NCBI GenBank assembly: GCA_964291285.2
Contig: OZ219785.1
Span: 384,001 to 448,000, forward strand
From: Alphaproteobacteria bacterium
Lineage (GTDB): Bacteria; Pseudomonadota; Alphaproteobacteria; Bin95
Reading direction: 5' to 3'
Length of the DNA stretch: 64,000 nt
The notes under the pieces: model-generated
The model's input: the letters and a program-made list of their open reading frames with translations, nothing else
Database searches by the model: none
What the model was told of the DNA's origin: nothing
Made by a program: the position numbers and the translations under genes
Part shown: positions 53,101 through 62,249 of the stretch, piece by piece
How positions within the stretch are numbered: the stretch's first letter is position 1
How the letters are laid out: each line of letters starts with the position of its first letter

Positions 53101-55348
53101 CCGCAGCAGGGACGCGCAGGCCATTGCGGAGCGCCGGCAGGGGTTCGCGTTCCTGCGCCGGGCGGAGAGGCACGGCCGCGACTGGCCGCTGCTGAAACGG
53201 GCGGCGGCGAAGCGCGGGCGGTCGATGGGCGAACTTCCCGAACATGCGGCCTGGCTGGCGGAGGGCAGGACGCTCGCCGATACGGGACAGGAACTCCGGG
53301 AGGGCGGCGGCCAGGGCATCGCCGCCAGGATCGGCGCCGCGCTCCGGCGCCTGGTGCGGGGCCGGGAGCTCGACGAGGCGGAACGGTTCCGCGAGGCTGC
53401 GGCGCGGCACGAGGCCGGCGCGCGGGCGGCGGGCGTCGATCCCCGAGAAACGGCCGGCGCCGAAGCGCTGGCGGAATGGGCGGGGCGGCTCCGGGGCCGG
53501 GAGGTACCGCAGGCGGCGCGTCCGGCGGTCGAGGCCTGGTGCGCGGCACACACGGAACGCGGGCCCGCTTCCGGAACGCCGCCGACGCCCCGGGACAGGA
53601 AGGCCGTGCTCGGCATCGAGACGTTCCTGCTGGACTGCGACGGTCTTCTGTTCGATGCCGGCCCCGGAGGTGCTGCGGAACCGGATTCCTGGGACGAGCG
53701 GGCGGCGAGGCTTCGCCAACAGGGCCTCGGAATGCTCGGCGAGGGACCGGGCGCGAAGCTCGGCGATCCGCTCCGCATCCGCCTTGCGCGCGTCGGGGCC
53801 GAGCGCGCGCGGGTTCGCGAGGCGGTCGACAGGCTTGCGGCGGCGGCGCTGCGACGCCGCTCGGCAAGGTTCGCGGCGCTTGTCAGGACGGTGGGCCGGC
53901 AACGCCGCGGGTCCGGCTCCGACCCCGTCGACCTGCCGTCCTGGGCCGGGCTCCGCGACCGGGCGGAGGAACTCAGGGGCGAGGCGTCTCTTGAGCCCGA
54001 GGTGCGGCGCGCCGTGGACCGGGTGTTCGACCTCGATGCCCGCGCAAAGGCGGAGACCGAACCGGTCATGTCGTTCCTGAAGGCAGGCGAAGGACATCTG
54101 CGCCAAAGGGAGGGTCTGGAGGAGAAAGCCGGCGAGGCCGGGATCGCGCCCTTCGTGCTCGGGGACATGAAGGCATGGCGGGAGGGCTCCCGGGAACTCC
54201 GGGCCGTCGGCCGGCGTCTGCTGGGCGAGGCGGAGGCCGGCGCGGCCGAGGCCAGGGCCGCCTCCCGCCTGAAGGTCATGCCCCGCCTCCGGGACCGGGT
54301 GCGGGAGGTGCTGGCCGGGCTCGAGGCCGTGCGGCTGCGAGACGCGGGCGACGCCTTCATGTCGCTCGCGGACCGGGTCGAGCGGCTCGCCGTCCGGGAC
54401 GACACGCTGGCGCTCCATGCGGAAGGTTATGCGCGGGTCACCATGTACGCGAAGGAGCTGGAGGCGCTGCCGGAGCCGGCCCGCCGGAGGGCCGGGGAGT
54501 GGCTTGCCCGCGACCGCCGGTGGACCGAGGACCTGGCGTCGGTCGCCGGGCTCGCCGGCGGGTTCGGACAATCGGCCGATCCGGCCGCGCAGCGTGAGGC
54601 GGCCGGCCGGCCCGCCGTGGCGGAGGCCATCCGCCGCGAGAGGGAGCGGCTTGCGCGCGTGCCGGAACCCGCACACTGGCTTCGCTGGACCGGGGAGGAA
54701 CCGCTCGTTCCGGGCGACCGGGTCCGCGTCGGCGACGACATCATGGAAATCATCGTCGTCTCCGCAGGAGCGGCCGGCGGCATGCACGAGGACGACCTGC
54801 TGCAGGTGCGGATGCTGGATGTCGCGGGTCCGGACGAACCGCCCGGGCTTGGGGCGGTCATCCCCCGAACGGCCGAATCCCTCGTCAGCATCGGCTGCGC
54901 CCGCGCCGCCTGGTCCGACGAGAGGCTCCGGGAACTGGAACTGGCCCGGCACCGGTCGGTGCCGTCATGGCTCTGCCGGCTGGCCTGCGGCGAACCGGTG
55001 CCGGGCGACCGCATCGCCTGGACCGAGGACGCCGGCGAAGGCCGGGTCCTCACGGTCGAGGCGAAGGTGACGGCGCGCATGGACGATATCCGCTTCGGCA
55101 GCCCGAGGCTCCGGCTCGAAACCGTCGAGGCCTCGGGCCCGGACGCGCCCGAGCCGGGCAGCGATATCGAGAGGACGGTCGCCGCGGTCACCGCGCGCGG
55201 ATGCTTCCGCGCCGAATGGAGCGACGAGACCCGCCGCGCACGTATCCTGAACCCGCCGAAGCCGGTTCAGACGCCCCGGCAGGTGCAAGAAACGACCCAG
55301 GAGCAGCGCGTCGACCGCTCCGAAGGCGGCGGGCTCAGCGCGGGCTGA
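50168..55348 (+). CDS. MobF relaxase-helicase (TrwC/TraA-like) with long C-terminal extension
   Basis: YFSREGYY, FDLTLSAPK, HLTSRDQDPQLHTH; RecD-like helicase QGAAGTGKT, VVDEASM, LVGDRRQL, HAAQG. Confidence 0.95.
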   Translation: MVAGLTDLTSTTMTVGYFSREGYYAKNDPRQRRASFWHGAGAAALGMARHVSPRAFGRILSGHVPGTDIRLGRVRDGEHQHRPGFDLTLSAPKTVSLEALLHGDRRVLGAHDAAVKATLDWLERELLQTRSYDPVTRQRPRVAANGLVAAGFRHLTSRDQDPQLHTHCIIANMTRDRSGAWRSVEPTEIRRNVRLIGAVYRQELARRLLALGFAIEATMIGGVPGFEIAGYGREFVDAFSSRRREILAWLDKHGLPWSAALTQQAALITRKKKADRDVDELRAEWKTRAEELGLSRDRSIARPGLRRTTTASRKTARKAGRPYVRTAEELQPEPPGLSAREVTWRAVEHLAERAPVIREREIRAIALGHAPGRHGLGDIDAALAGLIGDGHLVEAQLRGGRSFVTSEALGLERGIMAMKRRALGASQPLAEETAVSCRLAETALTEGQQEAVRTILLSQDGIVAVQGAAGTGKTTMLKEALGLLGGRRAVLLAPSAAAARVLREETGVRSRPLQWFLTRHGDLGNAARVARDRQDHEGAVLVVDEASMVSTAEMELLMRIAARFRVARLVLVGDRRQLRAVRAGEPFRALQEAGVATAEMEEVLRQRDPALKAAVEHLKEGRPREALRELEHVHEAPQQELGAEAARLWLALDPEDRARTAILAPTHFIRAEIHRVVRDGLAREGVLHGRELELERYANRHLTAAQRADLRNHEPGDIVLFHSRVAPLRVEKGDACRVMRAEGEFVFLEHPTGRTVRIRPGDSWVRYRFGLYETARIRIRAGDRIRWTMNDERRGLVNGGGAVVREIGSRRVRFDLGDGRTLSLARTDPQLRHIDHAWSTTLHAAQGMTSDGAIGVLDTGHGALTGQAGLHVEASRARDRFVLVTNDRERLEEVLEANDGSRMTALEAVGENGDPPPAAALAMLRGLEADWRELVARAETQGSDLVRTEGYARIVTGTAMLAEDMALPADLRAFVEEVRSRDAQAIAERRQGFAFLRRAERHGRDWPLLKRAAAKRGRSMGELPEHAAWLAEGRTLADTGQELREGGGQGIAARIGAALRRLVRGRELDEAERFREAAARHEAGARAAGVDPRETAGAEALAEWAGRLRGREVPQAARPAVEAWCAAHTERGPASGTPPTPRDRKAVLGIETFLLDCDGLLFDAGPGGAAEPDSWDERAARLRQQGLGMLGEGPGAKLGDPLRIRLARVGAERARVREAVDRLAAAALRRRSARFAALVRTVGRQRRGSGSDPVDLPSWAGLRDRAEELRGEASLEPEVRRAVDRVFDLDARAKAETEPVMSFLKAGEGHLRQREGLEEKAGEAGIAPFVLGDMKAWREGSRELRAVGRRLLGEAEAGAAEARAASRLKVMPRLRDRVREVLAGLEAVRLRDAGDAFMSLADRVERLAVRDDTLALHAEGYARVTMYAKELEALPEPARRRAGEWLARDRRWTEDLASVAGLAGGFGQSADPAAQREAAGRPAVAEAIRRERERLARVPEPAHWLRWTGEEPLVPGDRVRVGDDIMEIIVVSAGAAGGMHEDDLLQVRMLDVAGPDEPPGLGAVIPRTAESLVSIGCARAAWSDERLRELELARHRSVPSWLCRLACGEPVPGDRIAWTEDAGEGRVLTVEAKVTARMDDIRFGSPRLRLETVEASGPDAPEPGSDIERTVAAVTARGCFRAEWSDETRRARILNPPKPVQTPRQVQETTQEQRVDRSEGGGLSAG

Positions 55349-55736
55349 TCGTTAGCGATACAAGCTACTGCGGAGCTGGTGCGTAGCTGGACAGGGCAGG
55401 CAAATCGCCCGAATGCAACGTCCAACGTCTTCATGAATTGGCCATGGAAGATTCCCAGTCGTTCTCCTGAGAGGCGGATGCCCGCTTCATCCCAAATGCC
55501 ACCGGGATATCAGGGCAAGAGAAATCCCGAGCCTCCCGGGGCTCCGGTCCGACAAGCCGCCCCGAACGGCGCACCTCTCTCATTGCTTGGCACGCCGTTG
55601 CAAATTGCGGTCCGTTTGCGACCGTGCGGACAGTAGAACGTCGCCCGGGTTCTCCCGTGCCGCCGTCATGCTCTCAACCTCCGAACTGGCCATGGAACGA
55701 GGCCTCTGGCCGGGCGACGAGACTTTCCGTCTCATT

Positions 55737-55776
55737 TCGGAACAATAGGGGCAGGGTCGGAACAATAGGGGCAGGG
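55737..55776. repeat. Perfect 20-bp tandem duplication
   Basis: TCGGAACAATAGGGGCAGGG twice in the intergenic region after the relaxase. Confidence 0.9.
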
Positions 55777-57411
55777 CATGGCCAACGCAGGGCGGGAAGC
55801 GCCTGATCGCCCCTGCGCTCACCCGAAATTTCCCGAAATCCGATATTCGCAGGAGCAGGAAAGGTTTCGGGCCTCCCAGGACCATGGCCCGACAGGCGTC
55901 ACCGACAGCGCGCCTCTCCCAAGTTGGGCGAAGCTCTCCATTCCAGCCGTCGGGGCCCTCAGAAATCATTCACGACAATGATCGCGCCGCGTATCGGGAA
56001 AGGTGCTGGCGACGGTCAAGACGTATGCACATTCGTTGATGTCCGCCGGGCCGCCAGCCGTTCGGCGCAGGCCTCCATCGACACGCGCCCCGTCCTGATC
56101 CCGTCTACCCGGCGCCGCCAGCGTTCGGGGATTGCCGCGAGGCCGAACCGCGCCCCGAGCACCGCGCCGACAATGGCGCCGTTGGTGTCCGTATCGCCAC
56201 CCGCCTCGACGGCCTTGCGCAAACCGGACTCGAAGTCTTCCGCCTGCCAGTACGAGAGCAGCGCCGCCTGGAGGGACAGAAGCGTGAAGCCCATGTCGTC
56301 GCCGTCGAACCCCAGATCGTCCATCGTGGACCGCGACGCCAGGGTCACCGCTTCCGATACCGATGACGGAATTTCGGCGCGGTAGCCGTAATCGCGGAGC
56401 GCAGGCAGGGATGCCGCCATACCGTCCCGCGCCGACCGCAACAGGGCTTCCGCAGACAGTGTTTCGCCATGCAGCGCGGCGGCGCAGGCCAGGTTCGCAA
56501 GCGCGCAGGACCAGCCACAGCGCCAGTCCCAGTGCGTTGGCACGGCCGAGAGCACGCTCTCCCGCACCAGCCGATGCGGATCGTCATGCCACCGGATCGC
56601 GAGCGGCGCACACCGCATCAGCGCGCCGTTGCCGGCCCGGCCTCCTTCCCACGCCTGCCGCGACGCCTCGACGATCGGAACACCTTCCGGCGTCCGTGCG
56701 GTCCCTGTATCGCGGTTGCGGGCAAGCCGCCGGGGATAGCTGCCGCCGTACAATGCCAGCACGTCCCCGGTCAGGCCGCCCATGCCCGCGCCGTTCGTTT
56801 CGGCCCACGCCCAGAAGCGCCTGCCCAGGTCGTCTACATCCAGTCCCCCGTCGGCCGTTGCCGCGTCGGCGATTTCGATGGCCTGCGCCAGATCGTCGTC
56901 GTCGGGATATCCCGGTTTCGCGGCGATCTCCCGAACACCTGCCGGGTACTCCCGGGCGATGCGCTGCCGCGGCCACCCTTCCATTGCGATTCCCAGCAGG
57001 TTTCCCACCGCGATCCCGGCCTGTAGGTGACGGTCGTAAAAGGCGCTTATTTGCTGGCGTTGCGCGTTTTTGCGGGGCGTGATGATCGCAGTGATTGTGG
57101 TGCGGCGGTGTTTGTGACGGGGGCCGGGGACGGAAGGAGGGCGTAGCCCGACTGGAGTCGCCGGCCCCCGTCGCGTTGATATTTTCGCCTGCCGAGGGGA
57201 GGGTGTCCTGGCGCTGTCGGCGGGGGTCGCCGGGCTGCGCGAGGGGGTAGACTGGGGCTGCTGAGAACGATGCGGCGCCGGCCCCGTTTGCTAGGTGGCA
57301 ACGACCGGCGCCGCACCCCCCGAGCCATGCAAGCCATGCAAGGCACGGCCCGTATGCGCAGTATCGTAGGCGTTCGGGCGTGGGTCCACCCCGTTCTCAT
57401 CGGTCATTGCG

Positions 57412-57846
57412 ATGAGGAACGCCGCCCGCCTGTTCACCTGCGCTTCGTGCCATCGCCAGGTTGTGCTGTGCCGGCGGTGCGACCACGGCAACATCTACTG
57501 CTCGCGTCCGTGCAGCGGCCGGGCGCGGCGGCGCTCGCTGCGCCTTGCCGGGCGTCGCTACCAGAACAGCCGGCGGGGCCGTCACAAGCATGCCGAACGC
57601 CAGCGGCGCTACCGCGAGCGCCGTCGCGTCCGTGCGCCTGAGGAGGGGCGCCGTGCGCAGAAAGTGACGCATCACCCTTTGACCCGTTCACCGCGCCGTC
57701 CTGTTGTGGCGGGCATGCCGGCGGGGCGCTCGGGAAGGAGGCCCTTCGGACCCGACCGTCCCGCCGGAGTGTTCCGCTGCGATCACTGCGGGCGGTTCTG
57801 CGCCCGGGCGGTCTATCCGGGCCTGCGCCCGGCGCGAAGGGAGTGA
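57412..57846 (+). CDS. Cys-rich zinc-finger-like protein upstream of istA
   Basis: CASC...CRRCDHGNIYCSRPC...CDHC; stop 1 bp before the istA ATG. Confidence 0.75.
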   Translation: MRNAARLFTCASCHRQVVLCRRCDHGNIYCSRPCSGRARRRSLRLAGRRYQNSRRGRHKHAERQRRYRERRRVRAPEEGRRAQKVTHHPLTRSPRRPVVAGMPAGRSGRRPFGPDRPAGVFRCDHCGRFCARAVYPGLRPARRE

Positions 57847-57847
57847 G

Positions 57848-59353
57848 ATGGCGATCGACCAGCAGACCCGGGCCGAGATCCTGCGGCTGTATTTTGCCGA
57901 GAAGTGGCGGATCGGCACGATCGCGCGCCAGCTCGGCGTCCACCACGGCACGGTCGAGCGCGCGGTGGCGGCCGCCGGGGCGCCCACGCCTGAGAAGCGG
58001 CGCAGATCTTCGATGATCGATCCGTTCCTGCCCTTCGTCCGCCAGACCCTGGCGGTCTGGCCGAAGTTGCCCTCCAGCCGGCTCTACCGGATGGCGGTCG
58101 AGCGCGGTTACCGGGGGTGCGAGAGCCACTTCCGGCGCATGATCGCGCCCGAGCGTCCGCGGCCGGTGGCCGAGGCCTATCTGCGCCTCAAGGCCCTGCC
58201 CGGCGAGCAGGCCCAGGTCGACTGGGCCCACTTCGGCAAGGTGAGGATCGGGCGTGCGGAGCGCCCGCTGATGGCCTTCGTGATGGTGCTCGGCCACTCG
58301 CGCCGCCTCTTCCTGCGCTTCTACCTCAACGCCGGGATGGACAACTTCCTGCGCGGCCATGTCGAGGCCTTCGAGGCTTGGCAGGGCGTGCCCCGCGAGC
58401 TCTGGTACGACAATCTGAAGAGCGTCGTGCTGGAGCGGCGCGGCGACGCCATCCGCTTCAATCCCCGGCTTCTCGACTTCGCAGGCGCCTACCGCTTCCT
58501 GCCGAAGCCGGTCGCGGTCGCCCGAGGCAACGAGAAGGGCCGCGTCGAGCGGGCCATACGCTATGTGCGCGACAGCTTCTTCGCCGCCCGCGCCTGGCGT
58601 GACCTCGACGATCTCAACGCCCAGGCCCGGGAGTGGTGCGAGGGCGTCGCCGCCGACCGCCCCTGGCCGGACGACCGCTCCCTCACCGTGAGCGAGGCCT
58701 TCGAGCGCGAGCGCGGCTCCCTGATGGCGCTGCCCGACGACCGTCCCCCCGTCGACGAGAGGGTCGAGGTCAGGATCGCCAAGACCCCCTATGCCAGGTT
58801 CGACCTCAATGACTACAGCGTCCCGCATACCCATGTCCGGCGCACCCTCACCGTGGCCGCGACGCTGGAAGAGGTGCGCATCCTCGACGGCATGGAGGTC
58901 ATCGCCCGCCATCCGCGCAGCTTCGACAAGGCGGCCCGCATCGAGAACCCCGAACACATTGAGGAGCTGGTCAGGCGCAAGCGTCACGCCCGCAGCCTGC
59001 GCGGGCAGAGCCGGCTGCTCCAGGCCGCGCCCAACAGCGAGCGCCTGATCGCCGAGGCCGCCCCCCGCGGCGCTTATATCGGCGCCACCGTCGCCGCCCT
59101 GCTGCGCCTGCTCGACCAATACGGCGCCGCCGAGCTCGAAGCCGCCATCGACGAGGCCCTCGAACGCGGCGTCCCCCATCCCAATGCCGTGCGCCTCAGC
59201 CTCACACGGCGGCGCGAACTGCAGGACAGGCCGCCGCCGATCCCCATCGACCTGCCCAGGGACCCGCGCGTGCGCGACATCGCCGTGCGCGATCACGATC
59301 TCGGCGGATACGACGGGCTGGCCGGCTACCATGAAAAGGACAGCGAAGAATGA
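57848..59353 (+). CDS. istA: IS21 transposase
   Basis: PGEQAQVDW, YDNLKS and KGRVERAIRY motifs. Confidence 0.95.
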   Translation: MAIDQQTRAEILRLYFAEKWRIGTIARQLGVHHGTVERAVAAAGAPTPEKRRRSSMIDPFLPFVRQTLAVWPKLPSSRLYRMAVERGYRGCESHFRRMIAPERPRPVAEAYLRLKALPGEQAQVDWAHFGKVRIGRAERPLMAFVMVLGHSRRLFLRFYLNAGMDNFLRGHVEAFEAWQGVPRELWYDNLKSVVLERRGDAIRFNPRLLDFAGAYRFLPKPVAVARGNEKGRVERAIRYVRDSFFAARAWRDLDDLNAQAREWCEGVAADRPWPDDRSLTVSEAFERERGSLMALPDDRPPVDERVEVRIAKTPYARFDLNDYSVPHTHVRRTLTVAATLEEVRILDGMEVIARHPRSFDKAARIENPEHIEELVRRKRHARSLRGQSRLLQAAPNSERLIAEAAPRGAYIGATVAALLRLLDQYGAAELEAAIDEALERGVPHPNAVRLSLTRRRELQDRPPPIPIDLPRDPRVRDIAVRDHDLGGYDGLAGYHEKDSEE

Positions 59354-60144
59354 CCGACACCCTCATGAACCGCGCCCGCGCGCTGGGCCTGCACGGCCTC
59401 CTCGCCCATTGGGGCGAAGTCGCGGAGCGCGACTGGCTCGCCTCCCTGATCGCGTGGGAAGAAGATGAGAAGCGCGCCCGAAGCCTCAAACGCCGCCTCG
59501 CCGACGCCCGCCTCGGACAGTTCAAGCCGCTCGCAGACTTCGACTGGGACTGGCCAAGGCGCTGCGACCGCATGGCCGTCGAGGACCTCATGACCCTCGA
59601 CTTCCTCAAGGAGGCCGCAAACCTCGTACTGGTCGGACCCAACGGCGTCGGAAAGTCCACCATCGCCGCCAATATCGCCCACCGCGCCGTCCTCGAAGGC
59701 CACATCGTGCGCTTCGCAACCGCCGCCAGCCTGCTCGGCGAACTCGCCGCCATCGACTCCGACACCCTGCTCCAGCGCAGGCTGCGCTTCTACGCCCGAC
59801 AGCACCTGCTGGTCATCGACGAAGTCGGATATCTCTCCTACTCCAACCGCCACGCCGACCTGCTGTTCAACATCGTCTCAAGCCGCAGCCAGCAGAACTC
59901 AACCATAATCACCACGAACCGCCCCTTCGCCGAGTGGAGCGAGGCCTTCCCAAACGCCGCCTGCCTGGTCGCCCTCGTCGACCGGCTCGTCCACAACGCC
60001 GAGATCGTCGCCATCGACGGCGACTCCTGGCGCCGCAAGGAAGCCGAGGAACGTCAGAAGCAGCGCAGCGCCGAACGCCGCCGCCGGCGCGGACCGAAAG
60101 CCGGGCAAAGCACTGGAAAGGCGAACCCGGTCCCGTCGCCATAG
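59350..60144 (+). CDS. istB: IS21 helper ATPase
   Basis: GPNGVGKS, LLVIDEVGY, TTNRPF and DRLVH motifs. Confidence 0.95.
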   Translation: MTDTLMNRARALGLHGLLAHWGEVAERDWLASLIAWEEDEKRARSLKRRLADARLGQFKPLADFDWDWPRRCDRMAVEDLMTLDFLKEAANLVLVGPNGVGKSTIAANIAHRAVLEGHIVRFATAASLLGELAAIDSDTLLQRRLRFYARQHLLVIDEVGYLSYSNRHADLLFNIVSSRSQQNSTIITTNRPFAEWSEAFPNAACLVALVDRLVHNAEIVAIDGDSWRRKEAEERQKQRSAERRRRRGPKAGQSTGKANPVPSP

Positions 60145-60146
60145 CC

Positions 60147-61019
60147 ATGCATCCCTCCCGCCCCCGCGAGCGGCGGGTGCGGGCCGAGAGCCTGCGGGGC
60201 TATCCCCTCGAACCCGTCGCCCGAGCCCTCGGCTACCGCAGCGATCCCGACAATGCCGTGCGCTGGAGACGGCCAGGATCGGTCCTCTCCATCAACCGCT
60301 TCATGTTCTACGACCATCTGCGCGCAGAGGAGGGAGCCGGGGCTATCGAACTGGCGGTCCATGCGCTCGGATGCACCCCGCCGGACGCCATCGACTTCCT
60401 CGCCGAACTGTCCGACCTCTCAATGCCCCCAGGCGGCCGCCGGCAGGCGCCGGCCAAGGACCCCCGCTGGCCCAACCTCCGGCGATACCTCGTCGAGCGG
60501 CGCGGCCTCGCGGACGCGCTCGTCACCCTGTGCCGCGACCTCGGCCTGGTCCATGCCGACCCTCACGGCAACCCCGTGTTCGTCCGCCGAAACGCCGCCG
60601 GCGAGGCTACCGGCATCGAAACCGTCACCGCTGACCGCAAAACGACCGCGGGCGGCGGCTTCTGGATGTCCTGGGAGACCGAATGGCCACACGCCGTCAT
60701 CCTGGACGGCAACGCCCTCGACGCACTCTCCATCCTCTCCCTCCACCTCGGCCCGGTAAAACGCACCGAATGCGCCACCGTCTCCACCGGCGCCGTCGCC
60801 ACCAAAGTCCCCAAATGGATCGAGGCATGGAACCCGCGCCTCATCTTCTGTGCATACGACGCCACCACAAACGGCGATCACGCCGCAAGGCGCCTCGCCC
60901 GCAACGACACCAGAATCGTCCGGCTGCGACCCGCACTCGACAACCGGGACTGGAACGACATGCTCATCCGCGACCGAGCCGGCGAACCAATCGAAACCGA
61001 TGACCAACAGATCAACTGA
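60147..61019 (+). CDS. DUF3991/TOPRIM primase-like passenger protein
   Basis: GAIELAVH N-domain, RYLVERRGL, DGNALDAL, CAYDA...G and DWNDML TOPRIM-like motifs; lies inside the IS21 ends. Confidence 0.7.
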   Translation: MHPSRPRERRVRAESLRGYPLEPVARALGYRSDPDNAVRWRRPGSVLSINRFMFYDHLRAEEGAGAIELAVHALGCTPPDAIDFLAELSDLSMPPGGRRQAPAKDPRWPNLRRYLVERRGLADALVTLCRDLGLVHADPHGNPVFVRRNAAGEATGIETVTADRKTTAGGGFWMSWETEWPHAVILDGNALDALSILSLHLGPVKRTECATVSTGAVATKVPKWIEAWNPRLIFCAYDATTNGDHAARRLARNDTRIVRLRPALDNRDWNDMLIRDRAGEPIETDDQQIN

Positions 61020-61108
61020 AAAACCGCAACCGGCCGAAAAATGTCAGCGAATAGGCGCGCTCTGTAACCGTCGCTAACACGGCCATCAGCCCTCGCGCGC
61101 GATTCGTG

Positions 61109-62068
61109 TCAACCATGACAGCAACCATGACAGTTCCTTCCCTTTCGACCATGATCGGTTTGTTCTTTGCGAGCGTCCCGCGAGAAGGCCGCATGGACCA
61201 CCGCACCGTACAGCGCCAGCACCTGCCCGGCCAGCCTGCCGGCGTGGATGCGATATTCGACGCCAAGGCCCACGCCCGGCATTTCCCGCGCAGGTGCCCG
61301 TCCGAAACGCCGGATGAGCGACAGGACACGGTCCAGGGACGGCCGCCCTCCCACCAGCGCCGGTTCGACATAATGCGAGCGCACCAGCCGCCCCCAGTGG
61401 GCCGAGAGCAGGTGCGGCGCGCCGAACAGGTCCATCCCCGTCACCCGGCCGCCGTGGGCAACGACGATTCCGCACTGGCCCGGCAGCGGACCGCCTGCGA
61501 CGAGTTCCTCGACGGCTTCCGCGCGAGACGATTCCCGCCGGTATGCCCGCTTCAGGTCCGATGCCGCCACCGTGTTTGATACGACACCTTCCTCCTCCAG
61601 CATCGCATCGACTTCCTGCCAGACGCCGCCCTGGTCGCCCTCGCGCGAACCGTCCCGCCGCAGGGACCGGACGACACCCGCGTGCTGTGCCGCCCGAATG
61701 CGGGGCGGCGCAAACTCCTCGGCGCGCCGCCATGCCTGGCGGCGTCCCCAGCGTCCCTGCTCCACGCACGATACCGGGATTTCCACTTTCGACATGGCGG
61801 CCACCAGCACGGTGGCGTTGACCGCGCGGTTCTGCAGGCCGCCCAGAAAGTGCTCCCCCTCGACGACCAGCGCCGGCTTGTCAGTGGGATTGGTCGCCCG
61901 CAACGCTTCCACCGACGCGGTGTCGAGTTCGTCCACCAGCAGCCCGGAGGATTCGCCGGTGGCGATCGCCGGCAGCCGGTTGCCCGGCGCGTAGACCGGG
62001 AAGAACGATATGCCGAGCCGCGTGATCGGCGCGCCCACGGCGGCGGCGTCCAGGTTCAGGACTGTCAT
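61109..62068 (-). CDS. ARPP-1 (DUF6569)-like protein
   Basis: EGEHFLGGLQNRAVN...IPVSCVEQGRW...DQGGVW...GMDLF motifs; stop overlaps the ARH start. Confidence 0.8.
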   Translation of the reverse strand: MTVLNLDAAAVGAPITRLGISFFPVYAPGNRLPAIATGESSGLLVDELDTASVEALRATNPTDKPALVVEGEHFLGGLQNRAVNATVLVAAMSKVEIPVSCVEQGRWGRRQAWRRAEEFAPPRIRAAQHAGVVRSLRRDGSREGDQGGVWQEVDAMLEEEGVVSNTVAASDLKRAYRRESSRAEAVEELVAGGPLPGQCGIVVAHGGRVTGMDLFGAPHLLSAHWGRLVRSHYVEPALVGGRPSLDRVLSLIRRFGRAPAREMPGVGLGVEYRIHAGRLAGQVLALYGAVVHAAFSRDARKEQTDHGRKGRNCHGCCHG

Positions 62069-62187
62069 GCATGTCTCCATCACAGGCTCGCCAGAACGAC
62101 GTAGAGGAGGAACGCTCCGGAGAGCGCAAAGGAAAGGAAGTTGAGAACGAGCACGATTTCATTCATCGAAGCCGGGCCACCGCTTTT

Positions 62188-62237
62188 AATTGTTGTTCAG
62201 ACAATATATGGTGCTTGATATTGTCAAATCAACAATT
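62188..62237. promoter_or_regulatory. Two NrtR-type operator palindromes
   Basis: aattGT-tgttcag-ACaata and tattGT-caaatca-ACaatt, both GT-N7-AC with AT-rich arms, 31 bp apart in the divergent intergenic region. Confidence 0.75.
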
Positions 62238-62249
62238 TATTTTGGAGAG

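Larger units (their letters stand above)
57022..61079 (+). mobile_element. IS21-family transposon (4058 bp) with two accessory genes
   Basis: TG...CA imperfect IRs TGTAGGTGACGGT...GCGCTTATTTGCTG versus (rc) TGTTAGCGACGGT...GCGCCTATTCGCTG; 5-bp duplication CGGCC at 57017-57021 and 61080-61084. Confidence 0.92.
56016..61116 (-). pseudogene. ADP-ribosylglycohydrolase (DraG/ARH family), split after codon 12 by IS21
   Basis: Removing the IS and one CGGCC restores MVDTNRARGLMAGIAVGNLLG...; PDDDD, GNGALMR and GGDTDTNGAIVGA motifs; 345 aa. Confidence 0.9.

Noticed and set aside
49985-54952. 1655-aa - strand ORF
   Set aside because: Antisense shadow of the relaxase-helicase.
55737-55776. 20-bp tandem repeat as iterons or an origin
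   Set aside because: Only two copies and no rep gene; most simply a slippage duplication.
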